Assembly: GCA_040384765.1 (NCBI GenBank)
Contig: JAZKIQ010000005.1
Location: 358-64,357 of the forward strand
Direction: 5' to 3'
Length of the DNA: 64,000 bases
Source: Patescibacteria group bacterium
GTDB taxonomy: Bacteria; Patescibacteriota; Minisyncoccia; Phycocordibacterales; JBBUBG01
Made by a program: the position numbers and the translations under genes. Shown here in pieces: positions 47,758 through 59,497 of the stretch; within the stretch, counting starts at the first letter, position 1, and each line of letters opens with the position of its first letter. Below the pieces are notes generated by a model. The model had not been told where the DNA came from and ran no database searches. It was given only the letters and a program-made list of their open reading frames with translations.

Positions 47758-47822
47758 AATGGCTTATTTTGCAAGGAGGTAAAAAATAAGATAACAGAGG
47801 TACGAAATGTCAATATTCTTCC

Positions 47823-48092
47823 TCAGAGAAGAACAGCCTCATCGACAAGCACCGTGAGGACGTTTGCGGTATCCATATGAAGAAAACCGCCCGCAATACT
47901 GAAGGTTTTTGGTTCTCCACTTTGGGTCTCGAGCTCAGCTGTTCCAGCTACAAGCACGGTCGCAAAAGGACGGTGGTGGTTGAGCACCGTCACCTCTCCT
48001 AGCTCGGTTTTTACCGTAAAGCGCTTTGCTTCACCTTCGTATTCAACGCCTTTTAAAGAGATAACTTTCGTGTGCATAGAGGCTTTTAGCAT
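47823..48092 (-). CDS. atpC: ATP synthase F1 epsilon subunit (short)
   Basis: beta-sandwich epsilon N-domain; last gene of atp operon. Confidence 0.7.
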   Translation of the reverse strand: MLKASMHTKVISLKGVEYEGEAKRFTVKTELGEVTVLNHHRPFATVLVAGTAELETQSGEPKTFSIAGGFLHMDTANVLTVLVDEAVLL

Positions 48093-48107
48093 TCGACTTT
48101 TACCTTT

Positions 48108-49612
<1,505 letters not shown>

Positions 49613-49613
<1 letters not shown>

Positions 49614-50560
49614 TACTGGTTTACGATCGCTGATGATATCTCGGTCATCTCCTTAGTAATTCCTGCCTGTCTCGCTTTGTTAAAAAGAAGGAGAAGTCCC
49701 TCGCCAAGCTCGCTTGCATTGTCCGAGGCGCTTTTCATGGCAACTCGTCTGGCAGAATGCTCACTTGCGTTTGCCTCAAGCAAGAGCTGGTAGAGCTGCA
49801 TGGAGACCAGATGCGGCATGAGCACAGCAATGAGTCGCTCAGGGCTTGGTTCAAAAATATACTCTTCCTGCGAAAGCGGGGGCTCTTCTTCTACTTTTGC
49901 ACGCAACTCTGCAAAACGGCCGTGCTCGGGTACGAGCTCGGCAATCGTATCGTGGATAGTATCGATATGGAGCGGAAGGAGCTCACGGACAAGAGGCTCT
50001 TGCCTAAGAGTGGTCCGAAAATGAGTGGAGACAACCACCACGCGATCCCATCGACCATCTGTATACCCCTCGCTTATGAGGTCCGCAATCGGCTTTGATT
50101 CAAGCGGGGTCACATAGTCGCCAAACCCTTCGAAAGAGCCGACGATCTCGAGACCCTTTTTTGCACCATACGAAAACGCCTTCTTTCCCACCAGAGCAAG
50201 CTTGTAGGTGTGCCCCGCCGTCTGCGCATGAATATCCTTTGCAAGAAACGCATCGGCGGCCCTCATGAGCTGCGAATTGAATGCTCCCGCAAGCCCGCGA
50301 TCTGACACCATCACCACCAGAAGAGTTGTTCGAACAGCCCTTCCAGCAACAAAAGGCGCACTCGCCAAAATATTACCGGGAGTGTGCAGAAGAAGCTCTC
50401 TCAAAATAGAAAGCGCAGCAAATCCGTAGACGCGAGAGCGCAACGCCACCTCTTGGCTCTTGCGCATCTTCGTCGCCGAGACCACCTCCATTGCCTTGGT
50501 GATCTGACCGATATTTTTTACGGCGTTTCGCCGCGCTTTTATATTCTGGAGGGATTCCAT
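49613..50560 (-). CDS. atpG: ATP synthase F1 gamma subunit
   Basis: 315 aa, conserved N- and C-terminal coiled-coil helices. Confidence 0.85.
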
Positions 50561-50562
50561 AG

Positions 50563-52092
50563 CTACTTGCGGATCGAACGATACGAGTCGATTGCTTTTT
50601 TCAGCGCACCCTCAGTTGTCTCATCAAGTGCCCCAGACGACCGGAGAGGCTCCACAACATCACTATCATGGCGCGCGCCAACATATTCAATGAGACCCTT
50701 CTGAAACGCACGCACCTCTTCCTTCGGGATATCGTCGAGATATCCATTGAGCGCGGCGTACAGCTCGACCACTTCGAAGTAAAACGGAAGCGGGTCGCCA
50801 TCCACCTGCTTCAACACCTCGGTCAAAAGCTCACCGCGCGAGATGCGCTTGCGGGTGTGTTCATCGAGGTCAGAGGCAAACTGCACAAACGCGGCAAGCT
50901 CTCGAAACTGTGCGAGCTCAAGGCGCAGCCGACCAGCCACCTTTTTCATCGCCTTGGTTTGGGCCGCCGAACCTACGCGCGAGACCGAAAGTCCTACGTT
51001 GATAGCTGGACGAATACCCTGATGGAAAAGGGCATCCTCAAGATAGATCTGACCGTCAGTGATCGAGATAACGTTGGTCGGAATATATGCGGACACATCT
51101 CCAAGCTTCGTTTCGATGATAGGCAAGGCGGTGAGTGATCCTCCTCCACGCTCACGGTCGAGCTTTGCCGCACGCTCGAGCAACCGAGAGTGAAGATAGA
51201 AAATATCTCCCGGATACGCCTCGCGGCCCGGACTTCTTCGAAGAAGGAGCGAGAGTTCGCGATAGCTGTCGGCATGCTTTGAAAGGTCGTCGTACACAAT
51301 GAGCGCATCCTTTCCGTTGTACATAAAATACTCTCCGATTGCTGCCCCAGCGAAAGGTGCAAGGTACTGGAGCGACGCACTTGCAGAGGCTGGCGCGGAT
51401 ACAACTACGGTGTATTCAAGCGCGCCCGCGCGCTCAAGATCACTCACAATCTTTGCGATTTTTGAGTTCTTCTGCCCCACCGCAACATATACGCAATACA
51501 CCTGGGGTCGGCCGGGGTCAGCCTTCTGGTTCAAAATAAAATCAAGCGCTACGGCAGTTTTTCCGGTCTGTCGGTCGCCGATGATGAGCTCACGTTGTCC
51601 GCGACCCACAGGGATCATGGCGTCGATCGCCTTTACTCCTGAATGAAGCGGCACTTTTACACTCTCGCGAGATACTACGTTTGGCGCAGCTCGCTCAAGC
51701 GGATAGCGCTCTCCTTTACCCTCTGCAAAAAGGACACCTTTGCCATCAAGCGGAAGGCCAAGCGGCGACACCACGCGCCCAAGAAGCTCCATGCCCACAG
51801 GAACCGAAAGGACCTCCTTTGTACCGCTCACCCGGTCCCCGACCGAGACGCCGCTCGCATCGCCAAGGATAATGGAACCGATGAACTGTTCTTCGAGGGA
51901 AAAGGCGATTGCAGGTACCGCACCTGAAGCGGTTTCAATAGAGAGAAGCTCTTGCGAAAGTGCTTCGGAAAGGCCCGAGATTTTCGCAATTCCATCGCCC
52001 ACCTCTACCACCGTACCCACCGAGCGAAGCGCCGGGTCATCTTTAAACTCAGCTATCTCGCGCTTAATTTTCTGGATAATTTCGTATGACAT
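50563..52092 (-). CDS. atpA: ATP synthase F1 alpha subunit
   Basis: GDRQTGKT Walker A. Confidence 0.9.
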   Translation of the reverse strand: MSYEIIQKIKREIAEFKDDPALRSVGTVVEVGDGIAKISGLSEALSQELLSIETASGAVPAIAFSLEEQFIGSIILGDASGVSVGDRVSGTKEVLSVPVGMELLGRVVSPLGLPLDGKGVLFAEGKGERYPLERAAPNVVSRESVKVPLHSGVKAIDAMIPVGRGQRELIIGDRQTGKTAVALDFILNQKADPGRPQVYCVYVAVGQKNSKIAKIVSDLERAGALEYTVVVSAPASASASLQYLAPFAGAAIGEYFMYNGKDALIVYDDLSKHADSYRELSLLLRRSPGREAYPGDIFYLHSRLLERAAKLDRERGGGSLTALPIIETKLGDVSAYIPTNVISITDGQIYLEDALFHQGIRPAINVGLSVSRVGSAAQTKAMKKVAGRLRLELAQFRELAAFVQFASDLDEHTRKRISRGELLTEVLKQVDGDPLPFYFEVVELYAALNGYLDDIPKEEVRAFQKGLIEYVGARHDSDVVEPLRSSGALDETTEGALKKAIDSYRSIRK

Positions 52093-52104
52093 CCGGTACT
52101 GTTT

Positions 52105-52488
52105 CTAATTTCTAGAACTAAACAACCGCTTGAGCTTTCCTCGAAGAGAAAGGTCGAGTTCACTGCCCCCGTCAATCGTGATACGAACTCCTGCAATCAA
52201 CTCTGGCGCAACTCGTGTCTCGATGACATCTTTTTCGTTGAGACGTTTTGCAAGTTCGCTGATCGTTTCTGCACGCGGTGCCCGTGCAAACTCCAGGAGG
52301 ACAACACGACCCCCTTCACGGCGAGCCAGAGTCCGCTCTGCAAGAGAAAGAATGCTGTCTGATCTCTCGGTATCGCCATTGCGGCGAACAAGCTCGGCAA
52401 ATCGCCTCGCAATCGCTTCAGTGTCACCCTTTGTCTCTGACAGAACCTCGACAAGCGCATCGGCGTAAGCTTGGGCAGAATATTTCAT
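52105..52488 (-). CDS. atpH: ATP synthase delta (OSCP) subunit, truncated form (127 aa)
   Basis: YAQAYADALVEV N-terminus; position between atpF and atpA. Confidence 0.7.
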   Translation of the reverse strand: MKYSAQAYADALVEVLSETKGDTEAIARRFAELVRRNGDTERSDSILSLAERTLARREGGRVVLLEFARAPRAETISELAKRLNEKDVIETRVAPELIAGVRITIDGGSELDLSLRGKLKRLFSSRN

Positions 52489-52573
52489 CCCGTTAGAAAT
52501 TTAAGCTCTTAAACAACCATCGACATTCGATGTTTAGCGCTTTATGTAGCTGTGTATTTCTAACGGGATTCAT
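52486..52573. repeat. family-A inverted-repeat element copy 2 (atttctaacggga arms) spanning atpF stop to atpH ATG
   Basis: catcccgttagaaat ... atttctaacgggattcat; left arm contains atpH start codon. Confidence 0.6.
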
Positions 52574-52576
52574 ATA

Positions 52577-53077
52577 TTATTTCTTCCCAAGCTCTCGCAT
52601 TGCTTCCGCAATCAAAGCCTCATCAACCAACGACGGGCTAAGCGAAACTGTCTTTTCAAAGAGCGCTCGAACGAAGGTTGCTGCCTCTTCCTCAACATCG
52701 TCCATCACCTCTTTGCGCTCACGCAGCGCAATCAGTTTTGCCTCCTCTACGATACCGTCGGCCTTCGCCTGCATAAGTGTACGTACTTTCTCGCCCTCTG
52801 TGCGAGCCTCTTCCTCAGCTTTCTGGATCATTCGCAAAGCCTCTCCTTCTGCTTCCGCAATTTTGAGAGCTTTTTGCTTTTCCGAATCCGACAGATTACG
52901 CTCTGCGTGCTTTGCATCGAGTAATCCCTTTGAAATCGTCTGCTCACGCTCTGCTACCAAAGCAAGGAGAGGCTTGTAGAGAGCAAAGTAGAGCACCACG
53001 AGCACCACCAAAAAGTTCACCCCATGAGCAAGGAGAGCGGGTCCGTTGATACCTAAGTTGGTGAAGAGTTCTGACAT
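52577..53077 (-). CDS. atpF: ATP synthase Fo b subunit
   Basis: N-terminal TM plus long charged helix. Confidence 0.8.
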   Translation of the reverse strand: MSELFTNLGINGPALLAHGVNFLVVLVVLYFALYKPLLALVAEREQTISKGLLDAKHAERNLSDSEKQKALKIAEAEGEALRMIQKAEEEARTEGEKVRTLMQAKADGIVEEAKLIALRERKEVMDDVEEEAATFVRALFEKTVSLSPSLVDEALIAEAMRELGKK

Positions 53078-53080
53078 GAG

Positions 53081-53163
53081 CAGAGAACAGAGTTCAGTTA
53101 TCAGAGTTCAGAGTTCAGTCAAACTGAGCTCTTGCCTCTAAACTCAAAACTCTGAGTGAACTC
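53081..53163. repeat. family-B palindromic 9-mer cluster (agagttcag/ctgaactct units) filling atpE-atpF gap
   Basis: cagagaacagagttcagttatcagagttcagagttcagtcaaactgagctcttgcctctaaactcaaaactctgagtgaactcc. Confidence 0.6.
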
Positions 53164-53164
53164 C

Positions 53165-53392
53165 TTAGACGAACTTCAATATAAGTGCAACCACCAAAGA
53201 GTAGATAGCAATCGCTTCCGCAAACGCAAGCGAGAGCACCATTGCTGTCTGGATCTTAGAAGCTGCTTCCGGGTTTCGGCCAATAGCCTCTGCGGCTGTT
53301 GTACCAATACGCCCAATCATAAGCGCAGGAGTGATAGTACCTGCTACGATAACCGAACCGATTACAACCATCTTTGCCATTTCTGAATCCAT
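53165..53392 (-). CDS. atpE: ATP synthase Fo c subunit
   Basis: two TM hairpin with conserved carboxylate ([10 protein letters not shown]). Confidence 0.85.
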   Translation of the reverse strand: MDSEMAKMVVIGSVIVAGTITPALMIGRIGTTAAEAIGRNPEAASKIQTAMVLSLAFAEAIAIYSLVVALILKFV

Positions 53393-53429
53393 AGCGTTTT
53401 CTCAAAACTATCTATTAAATAACTCACAC

Positions 53430-54254
53430 CTAATGTGCATGCTCCTCGCCCCCGTGCTCCTCTGAGTTCATCGCAAGGAACACCGTAGTGAGCATCGCAA
53501 ATATGAACGCCTGGATAAACCCAACAAACACCTCGAGGAGCATGAAGGGCAATGGCACGAAATACGGTGCCAAGAACGACACAATGATAAGCAGCACCTC
53601 TCCGGCAAACACGTTGCCAAAGAGGCGGAACGAAAACGACACTATCTTAACAAACTCTGACACAACTTCAAGGAGGCCCACAAAAAAGTGAATGGGATCG
53701 CTAAAGTTGAAAAACTTACCCGCATGCTTTTTAAAACCGAGAGCAACAGCTGAAAAGAGATGGATCAGGAATACAGCGATGACGGCAAGAGCGATTGTGA
53801 AGTTAAGATCGGAGGTCGGCGCTCGAAAAAGTGGATGATGTCCAAACTTAAGCGGCCCCGTGATCGGAAACAGCCCGAGCCAGTTTGAAAAAAGGACAAA
53901 GAGAAAGATCGTTGCAACAAGCGGGAGATAGCGCTCGGACCTCTTGCGATCGCCAAGCACCGGGTCCATTGTTGAAAGGATCCCCTCAAAAACGATCTCT
54001 GCGACACCCTGCAGCTTTCCAGGAATAGTCCGGAGATGTACCTGTACAAGCCTACCAAGCGTAATAAGAAGGATCGACGTCACGAGCCCGAGAGCCATCG
54101 AGTTGGTTACCGCAAAATCCCCGATATGAAAAAGCTCCTCGGCCTTGATCGAGATAGGCTCCATGCCGCCCTCTGCACTCTCATGAGCAGCTTCTTCTGT
54201 TCCAAGGATCTCATGCTCGGACGAGACGTTTTCAGTGTATTCGGAAGTGGCCAT
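53430..54254 (-). CDS. atpB: ATP synthase Fo a subunit
   Basis: 5 TM with conserved Arg helix (LSFSFRLFGNVFAGE). Confidence 0.85.
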   Translation of the reverse strand: MATSEYTENVSSEHEILGTEEAAHESAEGGMEPISIKAEELFHIGDFAVTNSMALGLVTSILLITLGRLVQVHLRTIPGKLQGVAEIVFEGILSTMDPVLGDRKRSERYLPLVATIFLFVLFSNWLGLFPITGPLKFGHHPLFRAPTSDLNFTIALAVIAVFLIHLFSAVALGFKKHAGKFFNFSDPIHFFVGLLEVVSEFVKIVSFSFRLFGNVFAGEVLLIIVSFLAPYFVPLPFMLLEVFVGFIQAFIFAMLTTVFLAMNSEEHGGEEHAH

Positions 54255-54352
54255 CAGTACTGTGACACTATCACGCGAGAGGAGGTAGGAGCAAATTGCA
54301 TGTTTTTCGCATCATGTGCTATTTTTTGAAATGTCAGTTAACTACAACAACC

Positions 54353-54853
54353 ATGAGCCAGGAACAATTTGAGAAAAACGAACAGTCAAAGTCTGAGTTA
54401 AAACTCCTAAAAAAGATCGAGGTATCGCAAGAGCACTATAAAGCCGACGCAGCAACTGTCACCTGTATTGACGACCGCTTTACGGACTCCGTTGAAGCCG
54501 TAAAAAAAGAGATGGGTTGGGACCGCGTCGATTCAGTAAAGTGGGCAGGTGGAGCTGCTGAAATCGCAAAAGGCTCGCTCGAAGGAAAGGCCGCTCTGGG
54601 CCAGATCGAAAAATCTATCAATCTCCACGACACGAAAGAGATTGTGCTTACCATGCACGAAGACTGTGGTGCATGCAAAGGTGTAATGCCCGAAGACCAC
54701 AAAGGCGCGCTCGGGTTCATGCAGGAAGAGCTTGAAAAAGCTGGCATGGTTGTACAGAAATTCTTGGCTGAAAAGGGAAAATCCCGCCCTATTCGACTTC
54801 TTGCATACGGTCTTGACGGGGTTTACGAGGTTGATCTCCCCCAGGTTCAATAA
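54353..54853 (+). CDS. hypothetical protein with CxDDR ... HEDCGAC motifs (possible minimal beta-carbonic-anhydrase-like metal site)
   Basis: 167 aa from MSQEQF; Cys-Asp-Arg and His-x-x-Cys spacing resembles beta-CA zinc ligands; weak. Confidence 0.35.
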   Translation: MSQEQFEKNEQSKSELKLLKKIEVSQEHYKADAATVTCIDDRFTDSVEAVKKEMGWDRVDSVKWAGGAAEIAKGSLEGKAALGQIEKSINLHDTKEIVLTMHEDCGACKGVMPEDHKGALGFMQEELEKAGMVVQKFLAEKGKSRPIRLLAYGLDGVYEVDLPQVQ

Positions 54854-54954
54854 CCCGAGGAACCAACTCCGCCGGATTTATCTGATATATAAAAGCCGGG
54901 GCGTTTCCACACTGGTTTGTGTGGTCGCTCCGGCTTTTGCGCGTAGTCCTTGGG

Positions 54955-55572
54955 CTACGTGTTGAGGCGGGACCTCTCGATCTCCCCGCTCTTGCTCTTG
55001 TTGTCAGAGTCGATGTAGTACGGCTTGATCTTCTTCTCCGCGCAGAACTGTTCCCAGTTCTTCTTGTTGAAGAAGTACGTCTTCATCTTGCCGCCACTGT
55101 AATCGATGTGCACGAACGGTCGCACTTCGACCTTGGGATGGTGCTCCTTGAGCCACATCTTGAGCCGCAGCTTCCCGGCGTAGCCGACCTGCACCATCTC
55201 GATAATCGAGAGGCCGGCTCTTCGCGCCATTCCGCACGGTCCGTGGAAGCCAACTGCGATGATCTCGAGCTCCTTGATGCTGATCCCCCCGCCGATCTCG
55301 GCGAGAGTTTCGCGCTGGGTCGCCTCAGTAAACGAAACGGGCGAACCATCCGCGAGGATCAGAGAACCGCCAAACCTAGAGAGGTCCTGGGTCGGTCCGA
55401 AGAACTTCTTGTGGTGTTCGCTGATGTCGGGCATGCGTTCCATGTCCCGGCAGTTAAACAAACCGCACTTCTTCTCCGACGGGATCCTGTGCCCGTCGAT
55501 CTTGTCGAACACCCGCCTTTCCTTCAGCTCTTCGATAACCTTCAACTCAGTTCGTGACAGATCTGTAGACAC
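54955..55572 (-). CDS. hypothetical protein (GC-rich cassette, GTG start, SD gaaggaggg)
   Basis: 205 aa; higher GC than neighbours. Confidence 0.5.
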   Translation of the reverse strand: MSTDLSRTELKVIEELKERRVFDKIDGHRIPSEKKCGLFNCRDMERMPDISEHHKKFFGPTQDLSRFGGSLILADGSPVSFTEATQRETLAEIGGGISIKELEIIAVGFHGPCGMARRAGLSIIEMVQVGYAGKLRLKMWLKEHHPKVEVRPFVHIDYSGGKMKTYFFNKKNWEQFCAEKKIKPYYIDSDNKSKSGEIERSRLNT

Positions 55573-55732
55573 CTGGAAAACCCTCCTTCACCGCTTTAAA
55601 GGCGATAAAGTCTGGCTCTCCCCCCTAAAGAGCACATTTGGAACCGTACTCTCTCCATGGTATTCCGCAATAAAATCCCGTCAAGCGCGAGCTTTGCATA
55701 AGCCATTTTTAGGTACATAAGGAGAGGCAGCC

Positions 55733-56773
55733 CTACGGCAACTTCTGCTCTTTCCGTATCGCAAAATAGACGTCAACGAGTGCAAAGAGGAGCACGAGAA
55801 CGAGCGGACCAAACAAAAATCCAATCGGGCCAAAATAGCTCAAGCCGCCGAAGGCCGAAAGAAGGAGCAGGAACGGATGCAGCTCGACATCCTTTTCGAG
55901 CAGTTTCGGCCCAAGCAAGTTGTCAGCAAGCCCGACCCCAACAACTCCCCACACAGCGAGCGCCACCGCAGGTGCAGTTTCACCAAATGCAAACAAAGCG
56001 ACGACCGCAGGCGCTATCACGAGGCCTGCACCCACCGCAGGAATGAGCGCAGCGATCGCAGCAACAGTTCCCCACAAGACGGGGCTCGAAACACCAAAAA
56101 GAGCAAAGCCTACGCCCGTGAGAACTCCTTGGAGGAGGGCGATGATCAGCTTCCCCTTCACCACAGCGTTGATAGCCGAAGTGAGCTTGGCGCCTATAGC
56201 ATAGTCATGGACATTTTGAAGGGGGCTCGCATCGGCAACTCTCCGTCGAAGCGCATCTCCATCCTTAAAGAGATAGTAGAGCGCTACGAGAAAGATAAAG
56301 ATACCAATGAATACACGCGCAGCTCCAGAAACGAAGCTTCCGAAATGGAGCACTACCCAGCTTGCACCCGCTTTTGCATATTGCCCCAGATCCAAAGTGG
56401 TATCTGCGGGCAGTGAAATGTACTGAGAGAGCCACCCGCGCACGGTATCAACGAGTGACGCAAGCGTTTGCGCTCCGCCCCCAGACTCAAGCGATGAGGA
56501 GAGATCGCTCGCCTCTTTGAAAATCTGTACTCCAATAGCAATGAGCGGAAGCACCACGATAACAAGCACGCATAGCGTTGAGAGGAATGCGGCAACGCCT
56601 TTTTTACCCGGAGCATACGAAACGATCTTCTTATGCAAAGGTTCAAATACCACCGCAAAAATAATCGCGAGAATCAGTGCGTATAAAAACGGCCTGAGCA
56701 TCGAGAGGAATAGCAAGAGCACGCCAACGAGAAGCGCGAGGAGAAAATACTGCTCAGATTTTTGGTGATGCAT
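55733..56773 (-). CDS. AI-2E family transporter (PerM/YdiK/TqsA, UPF0118)
   Basis: 8 TM; C-terminal SAFGGLSYFGPIGFLFGPLVLVLL signature. Confidence 0.75.
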   Translation of the reverse strand: MHHQKSEQYFLLALLVGVLLLFLSMLRPFLYALILAIIFAVVFEPLHKKIVSYAPGKKGVAAFLSTLCVLVIVVLPLIAIGVQIFKEASDLSSSLESGGGAQTLASLVDTVRGWLSQYISLPADTTLDLGQYAKAGASWVVLHFGSFVSGAARVFIGIFIFLVALYYLFKDGDALRRRVADASPLQNVHDYAIGAKLTSAINAVVKGKLIIALLQGVLTGVGFALFGVSSPVLWGTVAAIAALIPAVGAGLVIAPAVVALFAFGETAPAVALAVWGVVGVGLADNLLGPKLLEKDVELHPFLLLLSAFGGLSYFGPIGFLFGPLVLVLLFALVDVYFAIRKEQKLP

Positions 56774-56810
56774 TGGGAGAGAAAAAAATTACGCCTGCTT
56801 TTACCTCATA

Positions 56811-57980
56811 CTACTCTCTCGCAAACCGATACACTACCCCCGTGCGATCATCCGTAACATAAAGCGTGCCTCCGGGCTCAATAAGGAGATCTACCGGACG
56901 GCCACGGACAACCCCATCTGCCATAAAGCCGCTTATGAAATCCGTCGGGCCACCGAGAAGCTTCCCCTTGGGATCAAGGTCGAAGCGAACAACCTTGTAT
57001 CCTGTTGGTACAGATCGGTTCCACGAACCGTGGTACGCAACGAGCAGGTCGTGCCAGTACTCCTCTGGCCACCCCTCTTCGGGAATAAACGCAAGCCCAA
57101 GCGGTGCAGAGTGAGCCTGGAGGTCGATCTGGCTTGGAATCGCCTCTTTGGCAAAACTCGGCATCACCCCAGACCGGAACTTTTCATCAAAAATATTGTT
57201 GCCATAAAACCAGGGCCACCCGTACCAGCCTCCCTCCTTCAAAATATTGACCTCGTCTGGTGGGATATCATCTCCGAGAAGATCCCGCCCCATCTCTGTC
57301 GCCCACAGATCACCTGTCACTGGATGCAAGGCCATAAATACGCTGTTGCGCAAGCCGGTAGCATAAAGGTCGAGCTTCTTCGTGGCAAGATCGAGAGAGT
57401 ACACAACAGCACGGTCAGTCTCCTCGCACACGTTGCACGATGAGCCCACAGAGATAAGCAGGGTTTTGTTGTCAGGTGAAAGGTGGAGCGACCGCGTCGA
57501 GTGGCCACCGCCCGACGGAAGCGTAGCAAGTTTCTCTGGTCGAGAAGCTACATGTTCTTGTGCGTCGTACTCATATCCGCGCACAGCGTCCTCTTCTGCC
57601 ACATACAAAGTGCAGTTTTCTTCTCCTTCACACACAAACACAATGCCGTGGGGCCCGTTTAGGTCCTCAAGCACCAAAAATGTTTTGTCCGCCTTTCCAT
57701 CAGCATCTGTATCGACGACGGTGACAATCTTGCCTTCGCCAGGCAGGCTCACGGCGAGCCCACCACCCGGATCATGCACAACATCTCGCGCTCCGGGAAG
57801 ATTTTCTGCATAGAGTGAGATCTTGAACCCTTCTGGTACTGTATAGGGCAACTCGCTTCCAGGCTCGAGCGGCGGCGTTGTTAGGAGGAGAGGGACCACG
57901 CCACTCAAAAACCCTCGGATGCTCCACAGAAGGACGAGCACGAGGAGAAGCAAGCCAAGTAAAAGGAATCTCTTTTTCAT
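56811..57980 (-). CDS. secreted PQQ-dependent sugar dehydrogenase-like beta-propeller (GSDH/YliI family)
   Basis: signal peptide; GWPWFYG, HGSWNRS motifs. Confidence 0.5.
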   Translation of the reverse strand: MKKRFLLLGLLLLVLVLLWSIRGFLSGVVPLLLTTPPLEPGSELPYTVPEGFKISLYAENLPGARDVVHDPGGGLAVSLPGEGKIVTVVDTDADGKADKTFLVLEDLNGPHGIVFVCEGEENCTLYVAEEDAVRGYEYDAQEHVASRPEKLATLPSGGGHSTRSLHLSPDNKTLLISVGSSCNVCEETDRAVVYSLDLATKKLDLYATGLRNSVFMALHPVTGDLWATEMGRDLLGDDIPPDEVNILKEGGWYGWPWFYGNNIFDEKFRSGVMPSFAKEAIPSQIDLQAHSAPLGLAFIPEEGWPEEYWHDLLVAYHGSWNRSVPTGYKVVRFDLDPKGKLLGGPTDFISGFMADGVVRGRPVDLLIEPGGTLYVTDDRTGVVYRFARE

Positions 57981-57992
57981 CTTCGTTTTATA

Positions 57993-58580
57993 TTAGAGCC
58001 CCGATAAAGCTGCCTGCCAAGCTTGGATTGCGGGAATAGGGTGTAGGAGCATTACCATATTCAGAATCAGATTGTCGCGAATAAAGTAGAGCAGGAGGAG
58101 CTCGAGCACAATGACCACTCCAAGTGACCATCTCCAGGACAGTTTTGAAACAATATAAAACCCGAGCATCATCGCAAAAATATCTCCTACCGTATTGAAT
58201 ACACTATCTCCGTAATAGTTGAGCGAAATGGTAGCAGCCCTGTACCGCTCAATTACAAACGCGCTATTTTCCAGAATCTCCCAAAGCGCCTCCAAAGCAA
58301 CGGCAACAACAAACCTTTTGCGAAGCGGGATCTTTCGAGCAAAAAGCCACAGAAGAAAAAAGAGTGCTACGCCATGCGTGATGTGCGTAAACGAATAGGG
58401 GTCAAAGAGCTGCTGAGAATTTTCGGCGCTCACTACCGCAGCTGTCCAGATCTTAATGCTGCCACATTCACAAAATGGCACTCTGCCCTGCCAGAGAAGC
58501 ATGCCGATGGTTATGAGGAAAAGAGCAGCTATCGCAAAAGCCATCTTTCTCTTTGAGAGCTCGTTTGAGAGGAGGTTCAT
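57993..58580 (-). CDS. DUF2585/UPF0314 membrane protein
   Basis: WTAAVVSAENSQQLFDPYSFTHITHG signature; ATG abuts family-A arm. Confidence 0.5.
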   Translation of the reverse strand: MNLLSNELSKRKMAFAIAALFLITIGMLLWQGRVPFCECGSIKIWTAAVVSAENSQQLFDPYSFTHITHGVALFFLLWLFARKIPLRKRFVVAVALEALWEILENSAFVIERYRAATISLNYYGDSVFNTVGDIFAMMLGFYIVSKLSWRWSLGVVIVLELLLLYFIRDNLILNMVMLLHPIPAIQAWQAALSGL

Positions 58581-58684
58581 CCCGTTAGAAATTCAAGTCC
58601 TTATAACTTTTTATAATCCAAAACAGCGACTATCTATATTGGATGATGTGCAGGTTATTCCACGCTATTTCTAACGGGACTTAT
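58578..58684. repeat. family-A inverted-repeat element copy 3, spanning stop of upstream gene to ATG of DUF2585 gene
   Basis: catcccgttagaaat ... atttctaacgggacttat; right arm overlaps stop codon 58681-58683. Confidence 0.6.
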
Positions 58685-59229
58685 CGTATCCCGGTGTCGC
58701 AAAAAACCGGAGCCTGCGTAATGGCACCAAGACTCACTTTGATTGGTTGGCTACTTGCGCACCGGGGAAGAATATTCGCACTTGCTTCCCCACGTATCTC
58801 GTAAGTACCAGGAGGAAGCAGTACTTTGAATGCACCGGCGGAGTCAGCAGAAAAGCTGCTCACAACCTTCCCGTCTGTTGCGACGGCCACAAGCTTTGCT
58901 GCATAGGGCTTATCGGCGCACTTAGGGTCAGGCGGGTCGCGCAACACCGGGCATGTTGGGCCAAGAATCACGGTCCCCACAATCCCTGTTTCGGTCTTCG
59001 TACCAGGAGGCACGACGACGACAGTAGAAGTGGCGACTGCAGGGCAAGCTGCAAATTCACAATGTGGCCCAGTGCGACCCACAGCGGAACCATCAGGGCA
59101 GATTTTTGCTTCAAGAGTGCACGCAACGCCTCCGGGTGACTCTGGTGTCTTACCAGCAAAAAGAAGGAGGCCGGAGGCAACCAAAAAAAGACCCAAAATA
59201 GAGAGTGACTGTTTGTTCATACTGTTCAT
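58681..59229 (-). CDS. secreted Cys-rich hypothetical protein (start at MNSMNK; ORF-track extension to 59457 overlaps DUF167 gene and is rejected)
   Basis: signal peptide LSILGLFLVASGLLLFAG, 10 Cys. Confidence 0.45.
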   Translation of the reverse strand: MNSMNKQSLSILGLFLVASGLLLFAGKTPESPGGVACTLEAKICPDGSAVGRTGPHCEFAACPAVATSTVVVVPPGTKTETGIVGTVILGPTCPVLRDPPDPKCADKPYAAKLVAVATDGKVVSSFSADSAGAFKVLLPPGTYEIRGEASANILPRCASSQPIKVSLGAITQAPVFCDTGIR

Positions 59230-59268
59230 AGTAGCAAAGATCACAGAGGAGCGTGGTACGATTTTTGT

Positions 59269-59487
59269 ATGTACATTAGGGTGAATGTGATAACGGGTGC
59301 CAAGAAGGAATCTTTCCAAGCGGCGGGAGAGAATCGTTTTGACGTAGCGGTAAAAGAAAAACCGGAGCGGAACTTGGCCAACAAACGCGTGCTCGAGCTC
59401 GTCGCCATACATTTTGACGTAAAGCCAAAAGAAGTCCGAATCATAAATGGCCATCACTCCCCTTCCAAAATGCTATCGGTGCGCTAG
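59269..59487 (+). CDS. DUF167 (YggU/UPF0235) small protein
   Basis: VAVKEKPERNLANKRVLELVAIHFDVKPKEVRIINGHHSPSKMLSV matches DUF167 signature. Confidence 0.55.
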   Translation: MYIRVNVITGAKKESFQAAGENRFDVAVKEKPERNLANKRVLELVAIHFDVKPKEVRIINGHHSPSKMLSVR

Positions 59488-59497
59488 ACTACTTTAC

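Noticed and set aside
58681-59457. ORF-track N-terminal extension of the secreted Cys-rich protein up to 59457
   Set aside because: The extension overlaps the convergent DUF167 gene (59269-59487, good family match). The signal peptide begins at the internal Met (59229), so the gene was trimmed.
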